Shown here: piece by piece, positions 11,511-23,222 of the stretch | Numbering within the stretch: position 1 is the stretch's first letter | Layout: each line of letters starts with the position of its first letter | Source: Strigamia acuminata | Taxonomy: Eukaryota | Direction: 5' to 3' | NCBI GenBank assembly: GCA_949358305.1 | Contig: OX442314.1 | Location: 4,340,001 to 4,404,000 of the forward strand | DNA length: 64,000 nt | Translations under genes and position numbers: made by a program | The notes under the pieces: model-generated | What the model was told of the DNA's origin: nothing | The model's input: the letters and a program-made list of their open reading frames with translations, nothing else | The model's database searches: none

Positions 11511-14065
11511 CGTTGGACTTGATGGAAAAGTCAAATACAAGACATACAGCGAGCAAACAAACTTTGTACAGTTCCAGTTATTTTATTTTGGCATTAGGAA
11601 AGGAATGTATGGTACATTATTAAAAGTACAAGTGCATTCGACTCTGTGTGCAGACAGAAAAGACAGAAATCACTTATGATTTGCATGTGTGAAAGTGCTG
11701 CTGTTCTGTTATAAGAAAAATGCACAGTTGAAAAACTTGCAACTTACACAATCCTTTTAAAAACAAGAAGATAGGCACAAAAGAGAAAACGTCTTAATTT
11801 TTATCTTGACAATTAATCTGTGCAAAATGGTAATAGGTGAAAAAACATTTGGAACAATCCAATGTAGAATTAATGAAACATTTAATTGCTTACAATAGAC
11901 CATTGGAAAATTATGACATAATGCAGTTAGGCTCCGCCCACAAAAAGAAAACTAAAAATTAACAATGTTATAATGTTATTTTGGATTGGTTTTTCTCATA
12001 GAGGGGGAGGGGGGGGCAACCATTGTTATGATCACATGATCGGATCACCTGACCTCATTTTTCCAAAGGTCTATTGGCAAAATCGACCAGCCAGATTGTA
12101 TTGAACACATTTATAACCTTTTAAAATATAAATTTGCAAAGAAAGTAATGACATTCCCAACGCTAATCCTACGATGCTCCCGACATCGCTTAACAACTGA
12201 GATGTTGGATATTTCTCTCTTTCTACCGTGGTCTGTATGAAACTATCAGCCATTAGAAACTGCAGAAATGTATTAAACTTAAATGCCTCTAAGACGTTAT
12301 TTCCATGCATAATACTAGTAGGTTGGTAATAAATATTTTCACAAGGTTGTTTACGTTTGCATTGTTTTTGATTTGTGTTTGAGTTATTCAAATATGTGAA
12401 ATGTGCACCAGTAACGTCTTCCGTTGTGTTGCAAGCTGGCAAATTCGATGTTGACAAGTACGGTAATCTGAAATCAGTAGGCTTACTGTACTGCAATCAA
12501 ACCTATGTATAAATAATCCTGATTAATTTTGTTTGTAATCCACACTTATTTTTACAGGGATTTTGAGAGAGTCTCAATCTTTTCATGCGCTTTTAGTTTA
12601 AAAAACGATGAGATTACAATCAAATTTTATCAGATAGTTTTGTAACAGCTTCTAAAATACCTGCAATTGATCTTTCGAAATAAATTGTTTTGTTTACAAG
12701 CAGTTTTGCACATGAAATAAGCGGTTTTGTTTTTTTCGCAAGGGTTATGTTTGGTATTTCTACGTAAAGTCTATTTAATGAAATTAAGACAATCATGGTT
12801 TTTGAATTGGTGTATTCAAAGTTTAACTGCAACACTAAAACTTTGAATGCACCTAACATTTTGTCACCTTAAATGTTCGAATAAGTATCGTATTCATTCC
12901 ACCGTAGTTTGTCATCATTGGTGCTAAAATATTAACTTCGTCTTTTGGATCATTTAGAAAAAACTGAAAGATTATTTATTGTTATTGAAATATGCGCCGA
13001 GTAAACGAGACTAAAAAGAACTAGTGCACTTTATATAGATACTAAACACTTTTTAGCCCAAATAATCCACTCATTCTTATTAGCTGGCTGTTTTGCCTGG
13101 AAATGATCAAGTGACCATATCAACCGATCATGCGCTCTAATCAGCACCTTTTTTTTTTATTATAGGAATAAGTTGTCAGGACTTTTCAGATGTATTTTCA
13201 GATGTACTGTAATTGGAGTTAATGCTTTTTTGAGCAGATAAAATCACTAAACCTTCTTGATACTTTATAACTTAAATGGCAACAAATTAATAATCCCCCA
13301 CTTTTTTTTCCGCATACTTGGCGAAATGATGTAAAACCAAGTATGCGAAAAAAAAGTGCGCCGACGCCGAGGTCGGGCCATCACACGCGGCATACACAGT
13401 TAACGATTGCTGTTGACGTTGAGCAAGTCTAACCTAGACGATACACAGTCACTGTGTATTGAAATTGAATTATTGATGTCTACACTCAATTTGAATGAGT
13501 GTAAACAGTGTTCTGTACCCAACACTGCAATGGCACCGGTGTTATTTGAATAAAGTCAATTATTAAGTTGTACGTGTTAATGAAAGCCCACTAAACAATT
13601 ACTGTGAATTTCCTTGCTGAAACAATTCGCTGTATAATAAGTGGCGATTGTTTGGGTTGTGGTATTTCTTTATTGCGGAAAATCGATTGAGGCGTTTTTT
13701 GGGTAAATGAGTCAATTTACTTGTTAGTTAGATTAGATAGGTAAATAATTTTTGTGTGCCACTAATTTTACTTTAAACTTACCCATACATGTTGATTGCA
13801 AACTTCTGGAGGATAAAGTCCTAACAACCCAATCATAAGTTCTGCTGTTAAATAGTTTGATTTTTCTAAAGAAATTTGAAAAATCTATATCAATATTTCT
13901 ATCAACACCTCTTTAAATCTGCAAGACTCCAGAAAAGCTTGTGGTTCTAATACTCTAGCGTGCAAAAAACCTTTAGCTTGTGGTGCATTGTCAGTAGTTA
14001 TATACCAAGCAAGATGAGTGATTATTGGAACAATTAGGTCAGCACGAATCTTCCAGTCTGAGACA

Positions 14066-14140
14066 GGAATGTAAACTACTGGACCGGAATGTAAAAAACT
14101 GGACCGGAATGTAAAAAACTAGACCGGAATGTAAAAGAAC
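14066..14140. repeat. Short 20-bp tandem repeat (GGACCGGAATGTAAAAAACT, about 3.5 copies)
   Basis: Seen directly in intron 7 of copy B. Confidence 0.8.
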
Positions 14141-15709
14141 GGGTGTTGAAGCGACTATACAACATGGCCAAGAAAATTTATTTGCGTAAGTGTTCCAGTT
14201 CTGTAATTTGCCACCAAGCAAGCTGGAAACAAATAGGCCATCAGAACACACATGTGATGTTTAAATTACCTTAGCTCAGACCACACGGTCTAAAATAATT
14301 ATATTAGCGAAACAAACTCATTTTTATTCGAGCTATTATTTATTTAAGTTAATGACGTAATTTACAGGCTCGATTACTGGGTTGCCACATGGCGGACGTC
14401 GGCTAAACATTGCTAGTTCTTAAGAATAGCCAGAGAGGGTACCAGCATATTTATAACATGGCCCACATGTTCTTTAGCGCCACATGGTGCCAAGTTTCCT
14501 TACTGGAACACTTATCGGGTTAAAGCTAGGGGTGTCTCTTCAATACCTGCTCTCTTACACCGTGATGTGGATTTAAATACAACAATCAATCAAGCACACG
14601 GTTTATTTTTTGTACGGGATACAACATTACCTGTCTTCACTTGTGAACAATTACCAAAAGGCAGCATTATTCCTATAATAAAAAAAAAGGTGCTGATTAG
14701 AGCGCTGTATGGTAATTGTTTTGTTTTATCCATAATACCTTAGTCACATTGTTATTAACCTGAAGTGTTGGATGGATCTTAAGAGTCTTCCAAACATCTT
14801 CCTTGGACAATTGATTGCTGACTAATTTCCAGGGTGACATCTCATTGCAGGTTTTGTTTTTCTGGTTAAGCAACTGCAATCTGGCTTGTTCCATTTTATC
14901 ATTATGATTTTCAGCACAAAGTGTGACACAAGGAAATTCTGTGTGGCGACGTTGAACTATGGTAACAACCTTTGACACAAGTTCTTCCATGTAGTAGTTT
15001 AAGCGATATTGCAACAAGTATAAAATCAATCCTGTACTAATTACAATTAGCACAAACTTAAGCTTTCTTAAAACTCCGTTAGTTTTAATTTGCTCTTCAC
15101 TCGCAATGAGTTCTTTTTTGCATATCTCATAACGATGGTGAATCTCATCAACATTCTTTTTGCGATTTGTAACAATCCAATGTAAATACCAAGTGATTTC
15201 AGGTAATGAGAGCAACGATAGACCCAGAAAGAGGCCCAGATTGCCTCCTAAATCTGACAGTAAGGCAATAATGTCGTAGATGTAGTGTTCTTCATACATG
15301 TTGATATTCTCATTCGTTAGTTTAAAAGTTAAGGTCATTATTTTTTTACTATCTGCTTCACCTGCATCTATGTATGGTGTAAAAACCACTTGCTGACATG
15401 GACGGCGACACAAACATGAAGAAATTGGAGCTGTGGTGTCAATCAATTTACTTACGACGCCGTATAGATTGTGCATAGCGTTTGAACATTCACAAAGTGG
15501 TAAATTCATCTTCACTACAGGCAATCTTAAAAAAAGAAAATAACATTCAATTAGGATGGACCTCCTTTTCATAATCCTAGTGCAAGTGTCGACTCTCTGA
15601 ATCTCTATATGTGAAATCCACTTTCTGTTTAGGGAAGGGATTACAAGATTAAGATTAGGATAGGTACTTAGATCAACCCTTAAATCAATCCGATTTTTGG
15701 CCATTGTTC

Positions 15710-16201
15710 TGTGACCATCTGGCCACCCACGGTGACCCTTTGTCGGATCCGTCACTGCTCACTAGCCCTAAGGTCATCCCCCTTGCAGGGTTGACTGACC
15801 CAGTTAGAGAGGGAGGGAGCTGAGTGGTGTGGTTAGGAAATAGAGAGAGTTTAGACAGCACAGGAAAAAGACGTATGCTAGGAAGGTCCTCAGGTCAGCA
15901 AGAGCTCTTCTCTCCTCCCATTCACCACTGTGACGTTCAGTAACATAGCGATGTCCTTGTTGCAGCTTCCATGAGCGGCTACATGGGCTGTAGGTGAGTA
16001 CAACAGAATGTTATGTATTATCCGACCACGTCACACAAGGGCTAAAACCCTGTGTGTGACAGGTCGGTTGCGGGTATGGCATGTGTTCTTGGCATCAGTT
16101 CTTGGCATCGGTGATGGGTACTCCGACTCCTAGACAACAGATTAAAGGCCAACAACCAATAATCCGGAGTCCCTGCTCCATTATTTACGTGAAGTCAGTC
16201 C
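15710..16201 (+). mobile_element. Truncated copy of LTR-like repeat family X
   Basis: Starts TGTGACC and is similar to 43498-44088. The empty site is visible in copy A near 4120. Interrupted by copia-1. Confidence 0.7.
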
Positions 16202-19200
16202 TAAAGCGATTTCCTGGCCAAAACATCGGTTAGAAAGGAGTTGACGAGTGTCTAAACAGGTGCGCGACCCCGACATGCGTGCGCCATGTTTAATATCACA
16301 TAAAAGTGTACACGCTTCGAGGCTAACAACTGCACTCGGAAAAATAGGATAAATCATTGTTGGATTTCAATGATTTGTCCTTTACATTATAAAATAAAAG
16401 CAATGACATTCATAATCGATAACTAAGCAATAATAACAATACAGGACTCGCTCTTTTGAGCAGACGATGTTATCAGCGCATGCTGCTAAATGGAAACGTT
16501 CAACCGCGGTACAGAACCAGCATTAATAAAAATCGAGATCGATTGAACGCGACATCGAGACATTAAATAGCAGCACATTCATTACACATATCCGGAAAGT
16601 GTGTAATGTAAATATTCACAAACTATACAATATGGCGACAAACAACCAAACACACAATATTTCCACCACAACTCAATATATCCCCCTTTGTTTGGTTATT
16701 TGCGCCTTACAAATAAATGCTCACACAAGGTGTTAAGTCTGGGCTTGGGTAACCATTTGGTCATCACATCGGCGACATTCAGGGCCCCTGGAATATGCTT
16801 AATAGCAAACGTTCCGCGCTCAAACCAGTCCCTGAGGAAATGAAGCTTTACGTCGATATGTTTATTCGCCCTATTCTCTATTCGGTTTTTGGCGTATTGT
16901 ATCGCGGGCATACTGTCCGCGTACACGCATGGGGTGTTCCGATTGATGCTGAACATGATGTCGGCATCGTAAAGCCTCTCTAGCCATATAATCTCCTTTA
17001 CGCCATCGACCACGGCCAGAAATTCACTCTCCATGATCGATAACGCAGTCATTGACTGCTTATGGCAGTTCCACATGATCGGAACGCCACCCAAATAGAC
17101 TATGTGACCCCCGAAGCTTCTCCTTTTGTCTGCATCGAGGGCAAACGACGCGTCGGTATACACAGTTAGATTATCATTTCGGCAATTGGAAAGATTAATC
17201 ATATAATCCGACGTATTTGCCAGATATCGCAAAATTTGCAATAACATACTAATGTGACGCGTCGAATGTTTCTCATTGTATTGTGAGAGGACAATGACCG
17301 AGAACAGGATGTCTGGCCTTGTCCTGCTCGCCAAGAACAAGAGACTTCCCACTAAGTTGCGATAGGGGAAAGTGGAATCAACCCGCTCCTTTTCCGTCAC
17401 GCCCTGAATAATCGTTCCTGGCGTCCCAGGTACTCTAATCCGAAGGCATGAGTCGACCCCATACAACTTACAAAGTTTTTCTATGTATGCCCTTTGATGG
17501 ATCCTAATTTGGCCCCCAGACCTATCAAAGGCTATGCCTAACAAGAGGGTCACGGGACCCAAATCAACCGTGTCAAAGGATTCCCTAATCCATCGAACAA
17601 CGCATTCCTCGACGTAGTCATCCTTGGAGAAGAGAACTATGTCGTCCACGTAAAAGATAAGAATTGCGTCGTTGTCTAACGCATAAACACAGTTAAGACC
17701 CAACAAGGGCACAAATCCCAGTTGGAGTAGACGGTCGTGGAGGGCTTGGTACCACATCCGTCCACTCTGATGTAGTCCATATAATGACTTCAACAGCATC
17801 CAACACTTATGTTGGTTTTCGGCTGTTCTGTAGCCCTTGGGAATCTCCATGAATTGGACCTTATCAAGGTCCCCGTACAAGTACGCGGCCTTGATGTCAA
17901 GGTGGACATCTCTCCAACCTTTCAGTATCACCAAGGTACAGAAAAACACTATAACGAGGACGAAATTGACTACGGGGGAAAATACCTCCGTAAAGTCAAT
18001 GCCCGGCCTCTGCTTGAAGCCTTGTGCTACCAAGCGAGCCCGGTAGCGCGCGACTGCACCCGACTGGTCCCTTTTCATTTTATAAATCCATTTTGATCCC
18101 AAAAGCAACTCTCCTTCGGGCTTATCAATTTCTTTATAGACAGTTCGATCGTCGAAGATATCTGTCTCTTCTTTCATCGCCTTTTCCCAGTCCCGTTTGT
18201 TGGTGTGCCTCATTGCCTCCTCGTAGGTATCAGGCTCTACGGCACAGAAACCGGCAAAAGGGAGTTCGGGTTCTTCACCCTCTAAGGTTTTGAAGTCAAA
18301 AAGATCTGGGTCGTAGTGGTAACCCTCTGCGTCGCACCATCGCGCAACGTCAGTCCGACTTCTAAGTTTGTCTTCATTGGGCGAGAAATAAACCACATCA
18401 ATTTTCCCAGCCGTTGCCCCGGCTTTCCGGACAGACTGGACCCGTCTCCACTTAGTCATATCCAGCGGCAGCGACAAAGGATCTTTGACCTTCTTTCCCT
18501 TTTTGCCCGAACCACGACGAGCTTGTATCGTAGGAGGAAGATCAACCTCCTCATCGTCGTCAGGATAAACATTGAAGTAATTCTCGCCATCGCCGTTATC
18601 CCCCTTCGCCCCACCAATTTCTTCAACTGGATTATCCCCAGCACCAGCATCCCCAACCAAGTCACCTTCAACAGTTTCTATCGCAGGCTGTTGTATCGCT
18701 TGTTTTACAAGCGGCCTCAATTCAGGTCTGAAAACAGGCTTTGGGGTTGTGGGTAAAGGAGGCTTCTCCTTCGGAACCGGGGGTTCAACAGGGGGCGGAA
18801 TAGGAGGTGGTAGTGCCTCTTGCACTTCCTCAACAATTTCAGGGATAGGGGCAACGGAATCATCATCATCTCCCTCGGTGTCCGAGGAAGAATCCCCAAA
18901 ATGTTTGAATTGGCCACCCTGCGGTTGCTTGATGGGCTGTTGTAGCCGTTTGCCAATCTCATACCAATATGAGTCTTCGAAAATTCGGACATGTTTGGAC
19001 GCAAAAACTTGATTCCGTACAGGATCCCAAACCCTGTAGCCCCTAGTTGATATTGCGTATCCAATGAGTGCTCCCGCCCAAGCCCTTCCTTCCAGTTTGC
19101 CCTTTCTGGCCTGGGACGGGATATGTACAAATGTCTTCGACCCAATACACCTGATGTGTCGCAAAGACAATTTCTTGCCGAAAAACACGGTATAGGGCAC

Positions 19201-22200
19201 TTTTCCTCCAAGCCCTTCATGGGGGAATCGGTTCTTTAAGTAAACTATGGTCGTCGCTAATTCAGCCCAAAGGGGATAGGGGAAATCATTTTCCAACATT
19301 AAAGCTCTGACGCCACCGACAATGGTACGGTTTGCACGTTCTGCAACAGAATTCATTTCCGGGCTATATGTATTCGTACGAATACATTTCAAACCAATTT
19401 TGGATGCATAATCATCCCAATTCCGCGAAATAAATTCTCCTCCATTATCAGTTTTAATGCATTTCACTTTCCGTGATGTCGTTCTTTCGACTTCCGTCAA
19501 CCAACGTTTAAAATGGCCCAAAACTTCCCCTTTGGTCTTCATCGTTATGATCCACATATAACGTGAATAATCATCAACCAATATAAAGTAAAAATTAGCC
19601 CCACCCAAGGAAGTAGCTTGTGATGCCCCCCAAACATCCATGTGCACTAAATCTAATACTCCCTTAGTGGAAATGGTAATTATCGGGGGAAAACTCGCCC
19701 TAGTGCTCTTAGCACGGGCACATGCGTCACAAGTGGATAATTCTTTGTTAGACAAATTGATCCCAAAAACGTCCTCGGATTCGGTTAATTTAATAATGCC
19801 TTTAGCATTATGGTGGCCCATTCTGGAATGCCACGTGTCCATACTCTGGGATATTTCTTTCTTTCTCATTTTGATCCCAGTATCCCCGCTTTTGTTAACT
19901 TTCGCAGTCGCATTAGCTTCGGGAACAATAGCAGGAGGTGTCTGAACCTCATTCACTGTTTTCTGTAAATTAATCGCCGCAGGCGCATTCGCTTTGGTTG
20001 GCTCGCTTACTTGCGTACTCAAATTAGATGCGGATTTTCCCATATCCGGCTTACAGAAACTTTTTAGTAAAGCTGACTTAAAATCTAAAATGGTTAGTAG
20101 CGGTTGTACAAATTTTTCATCCTTCACGGATGATTTGATTAAATCGAGGACAGCAGCTGTATCCTGTTGCGCAGTTAATGCAGCTGTGTTTACAGAATTA
20201 ACCTCGACCCGGCAGTTGACTTTGTACAGCCTGTCGCTAGTCCGAACTGCCGAAATCAATGGTTCCTCGATTTTATCTTTGAAAATACTCATCTTCCCAT
20301 CTTTAACAATTGTGCACAACCCAGCCTCATCGGTGCGCCCGAGCGAAATAAGGTTTTTCCGAAAATTCGGTGCGAAGAATACATTCGTCAAAGTTATTTT
20401 CCTCGTTCTTTGTCCATAGAGCGAAGTGAGGACGATGTTGCCCACACCTTCAATCTTCGATTTTCCTTCTCCTTGTAGAACGCTGAAGTTAGACAACGGT
20501 TTGAAGTTTGAAAACCAATTCCGGTTGAAGGAAAAGTGGTCGGTCGCTCCCGTGTCCACGTACCACTGTGAATCGTAGTTTCCGTGCGACACAAGAGATA
20601 AGGGCACTGTGGGCTTCTCTTCCGACACCGCAGAATACAAAGTGTAGGGCTCATCTGTATAGGGGTCCAGTTGTGTGAGATTTGCTCTCTGTGGACCCCC
20701 TCTGCCTCGTCCTTTGCCACGGGTGCCTCCACGATTCAATTGGGCTGGCGAGCCAGCGCTGGCGGGGAAAGTCCCTTGCTGTTTCGGCGGCGATGGGCAC
20801 TCCCTGGCGAAGTGTCCCGACCCACCGCAAGTAAAACATGTTCCACGCGAAGTTCCGGGGGAATTTGGGGTTTTTCCACGAGGTTTCCATTTCCCTTTAG
20901 TATAGAAAGCGGTAGTATTGTCTGCCAATACAGGTGGGACGCCAAATTCATTGGTCTGTTCATAAAGGCGATTGTACTCGCCAAGTAAACGTTCTTTAAC
21001 GTTTTTCGCTGTGAATTCCGTATCCGACCAGTGATACGCGGTCTGTTTCACAGCCTCGTATTGTGGGGGCAGAAGATCTAAATATTGGAATGCCTGGAAT
21101 TCATCGGTGACCTCAATTTTAACGTCCTTCAGTTCGACAATTTTGCGGTCGACCCGCCCGGTGAAAACTAGCATTTCCTCATTATCTCTAAGTTTCATGT
21201 TGAGGAATTCACGTCGCAACCGAGCACGACGTGCCCTCGTCGTCGGTTGATAAGCGTCCTTTAGGGCTTCCCAAACTTTAGCAGCGGTGGGGCAGGCAAC
21301 AGCTATCACTTGCTGCGGCTCGGCGCAACTCATGCAAATAGTGGACATTGCCTTGTCCTCTCGAGCGTTAAACTCCCGCTTCTCTTTTGCAGTGGCTGTT
21401 GCAGCCAGTGGTGGCTCAGAGCCACTAACATGTCCCCAAACGCCGTTGTATTTGAGCAATAACTGGACCTGCACGGACCAGGTGGCATAGTTCGTGCCAT
21501 CGAGCTTTTTAATATCCTTGTAATCGTCGTGTTTTGAAGCCATCGCGACGACACAAGGAAAATGCACAATAATAATTAGTTATGCACGGAGAAAACACAA
21601 TTTCGGAATTTATTCCGCACAAACACTTCACAGGAGCACTTAATCACACAATGCACAATTGTCTCTAGTCCCAAAAACCAAAAAGGAAGGCGAAAATACA
21701 GTTTCAACCCGGGGAATCTCAATAAGTGAGATTGGAAAACCTTGACTGGCAATCCACCAACTCTTCCGTCCGACCTCCTGGGGTCGCGGGATGGTTGGGG
21801 GCCCTGGATAAGCCCAGCCAAGAATACAGTGTTACGTGCCCGACTGGACGTAGGGTAGCACCGAATCTAACAAGGGACCAACAACAAAAACTTAAAACTA
21901 ACAAAGTTTCACGACAATATCTAATTAAATACACTTTTTCGTTGTTAAGTTGGGCGAATTGCGGGATCCGATCGTCGCAATCGCTTCCTCGTAGCGGTGA
22001 ACGTCGGGTTGACGTTATTGGTGCACGGAACTGGGGCCGACGTGCTACCACTTGCACACTTCCGTGCAAAAGTGGGGAAAAATAATCCAAAATCGTCGTT
22101 GCGCACGTCCGCGCCTTCGTGTAGCACACCGGGGTGCAAGCCACGGCTTTTCCGCTCAAAATTGGTCGTGTACGTAGGCTTATACGTACGCAGACACTCC

Positions 22201-23222
22201 CGATTGATTTCCACCGTCGGCAGCGATGAAAATCCAAACAAAAATGGCCGCTGGTGAGGATTTGTTCTTCACCAGCGATCCCACGATGATTTTCGTCCGT
22301 TTCGTGATGAAAAATCGTCGTTTCGGCGATTGAAGGCGCCGTTCCGCTGAGATACGCGTTGTCTCGTTGAAAATTGACGTTGTCTTGAAGAAACAACGTC
22401 GTGCGGGCGTGAATAGACCCGATACACGCTCTGGTCGGCTGGCTACGCTGCCTGGGCGATCCAAGATGGCCGCCGCACAAAAATTTTCAAAGTCGACGAT
22501 TTTGGTGTTTATTTCACACCGAAAAATTGCAAAAACACACAGCTTACGCTTGTAAATGTCCGAAATAATGTCCGCACACCCTGTCAATCCGTTTCAAGCG
22601 CGTTGGCGAGGTGAAACCCGTCCTGGTCGATCGAGTCGCGTTTGCGGCGATGTCGAGCGACGTCTGGGCTACGTTCGGTCTCCAAAAATGCCGAAAATCC
22701 TTTACAAACTGGTTGGGCCGTCGTCAACCATCCTCTGCTACCATATAAAGCGATTTCCTGGCCAAAACATCGGTTAGAAAGGAGTTGACGAGTGTCTAAA
22801 CAGGTGCGCGACCCCGACATGCGTGCGCCATGTTTAATATCACATAAAAGTGTACACGCTTCGAGGCTAACAACTGCACTCGGAAAAATAGGATAAATCA
22901 TTGTTGGATTTCAATGATTTGTCCTTTACATTATAAAATAAAAGCAATGACATTCATAATCGATAACTAAGCAATAATAACAATACAGGACTCGCTCTTT
23001 TGAGCAGACGATGTTATCAGCGCATGCTGCTAAATGGAAACGTTCAACCGCGGTACAGAACCAGCATTAATAAAAATCGAGATCGATTGAACGCGACATC
23101 GAGACATTAAATAGCAGCACATTCATTACACATATCCGGAAAGTGTGTAATGTAAATATTCACAAACTATACAATATGGCGACAAACAACCAAACACACA
23201 ATATTTCCACCACAACTCAATA
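16202..23222 (-). mobile_element. Full-length Ty1/copia LTR retrotransposon with MBD (copia-1)
   Basis: 477-bp LTRs at 16202-16678 and 22746-23222 with no differences seen by eye. 5-bp TSD AGTCC. PBS 22726-22743 matches 18 nt of the tRNAi-Met 3' end. PPT AAAGGGGGA. Single gag-pol ORF. Confidence 0.97.
16696..21543 (-). CDS. Copia gag-pol polyprotein (gag, zinc knuckle, protease, integrase, MBD, RT, RNase H)
   Basis: CFTCGGSGHFAREC; WYVDTGAT; WHSRMGH..CDAC; MDVW/TDNGGEF/AER; MBD WRRVQSVRKAGATAGKIDVVYFSP..KLRSR..FDF; YRARLVAQGF; YVDD; YTDAS..KHIDVK. Start taken at MASK; the ORF track starts at 21567. Confidence 0.95.
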   Translation of the reverse strand: MASKHDDYKDIKKLDGTNYATWSVQVQLLLKYNGVWGHVSGSEPPLAATATAKEKREFNAREDKAMSTICMSCAEPQQVIAVACPTAAKVWEALKDAYQPTTRARRARLRREFLNMKLRDNEEMLVFTGRVDRKIVELKDVKIEVTDEFQAFQYLDLLPPQYEAVKQTAYHWSDTEFTAKNVKERLLGEYNRLYEQTNEFGVPPVLADNTTAFYTKGKWKPRGKTPNSPGTSRGTCFTCGGSGHFARECPSPPKQQGTFPASAGSPAQLNRGGTRGKGRGRGGPQRANLTQLDPYTDEPYTLYSAVSEEKPTVPLSLVSHGNYDSQWYVDTGATDHFSFNRNWFSNFKPLSNFSVLQGEGKSKIEGVGNIVLTSLYGQRTRKITLTNVFFAPNFRKNLISLGRTDEAGLCTIVKDGKMSIFKDKIEEPLISAVRTSDRLYKVNCRVEVNSVNTAALTAQQDTAAVLDLIKSSVKDEKFVQPLLTILDFKSALLKSFCKPDMGKSASNLSTQVSEPTKANAPAAINLQKTVNEVQTPPAIVPEANATAKVNKSGDTGIKMRKKEISQSMDTWHSRMGHHNAKGIIKLTESEDVFGINLSNKELSTCDACARAKSTRASFPPIITISTKGVLDLVHMDVWGASQATSLGGANFYFILVDDYSRYMWIITMKTKGEVLGHFKRWLTEVERTTSRKVKCIKTDNGGEFISRNWDDYASKIGLKCIRTNTYSPEMNSVAERANRTIVGGVRALMLENDFPYPLWAELATTIVYLKNRFPHEGLGGKVPYTVFFGKKLSLRHIRCIGSKTFVHIPSQARKGKLEGRAWAGALIGYAISTRGYRVWDPVRNQVFASKHVRIFEDSYWYEIGKRLQQPIKQPQGGQFKHFGDSSSDTEGDDDDSVAPIPEIVEEVQEALPPPIPPPVEPPVPKEKPPLPTTPKPVFRPELRPLVKQAIQQPAIETVEGDLVGDAGAGDNPVEEIGGAKGDNGDGENYFNVYPDDDEEVDLPPTIQARRGSGKKGKKVKDPLSLPLDMTKWRRVQSVRKAGATAGKIDVVYFSPNEDKLRSRTDVARWCDAEGYHYDPDLFDFKTLEGEEPELPFAGFCAVEPDTYEEAMRHTNKRDWEKAMKEETDIFDDRTVYKEIDKPEGELLLGSKWIYKMKRDQSGAVARYRARLVAQGFKQRPGIDFTEVFSPVVNFVLVIVFFCTLVILKGWRDVHLDIKAAYLYGDLDKVQFMEIPKGYRTAENQHKCWMLLKSLYGLHQSGRMWYQALHDRLLQLGFVPLLGLNCVYALDNDAILIFYVDDIVLFSKDDYVEECVVRWIRESFDTVDLGPVTLLLGIAFDRSGGQIRIHQRAYIEKLCKLYGVDSCLRIRVPGTPGTIIQGVTEKERVDSTFPYRNLVGSLLFLASRTRPDILFSVIVLSQYNEKHSTRHISMLLQILRYLANTSDYMINLSNCRNDNLTVYTDASFALDADKRRSFGGHIVYLGGVPIMWNCHKQSMTALSIMESEFLAVVDGVKEIIWLERLYDADIMFSINRNTPCVYADSMPAIQYAKNRIENRANKHIDVKLHFLRDWFERGTFAIKHIPGALNVADVMTKWLPKPRLNTLCEHLFVRRK

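Noticed and set aside
13132..14705. Inversion or TIR element bounded by the 40-bp inverted repeat
   Set aside because: The enclosed exon 8 and intron are colinear with copy A in the same orientation, so a templated insertion fits better.
21719..22587. Overlapping ORFs up to 253 aa in the copia-1 leader
   Set aside because: The leader is GC/CpG-rich with ORFs on both strands and no recognisable motif.
22726..22743. tRNA gene
   Set aside because: It is only the 18-nt primer-binding site, with no cloverleaf.
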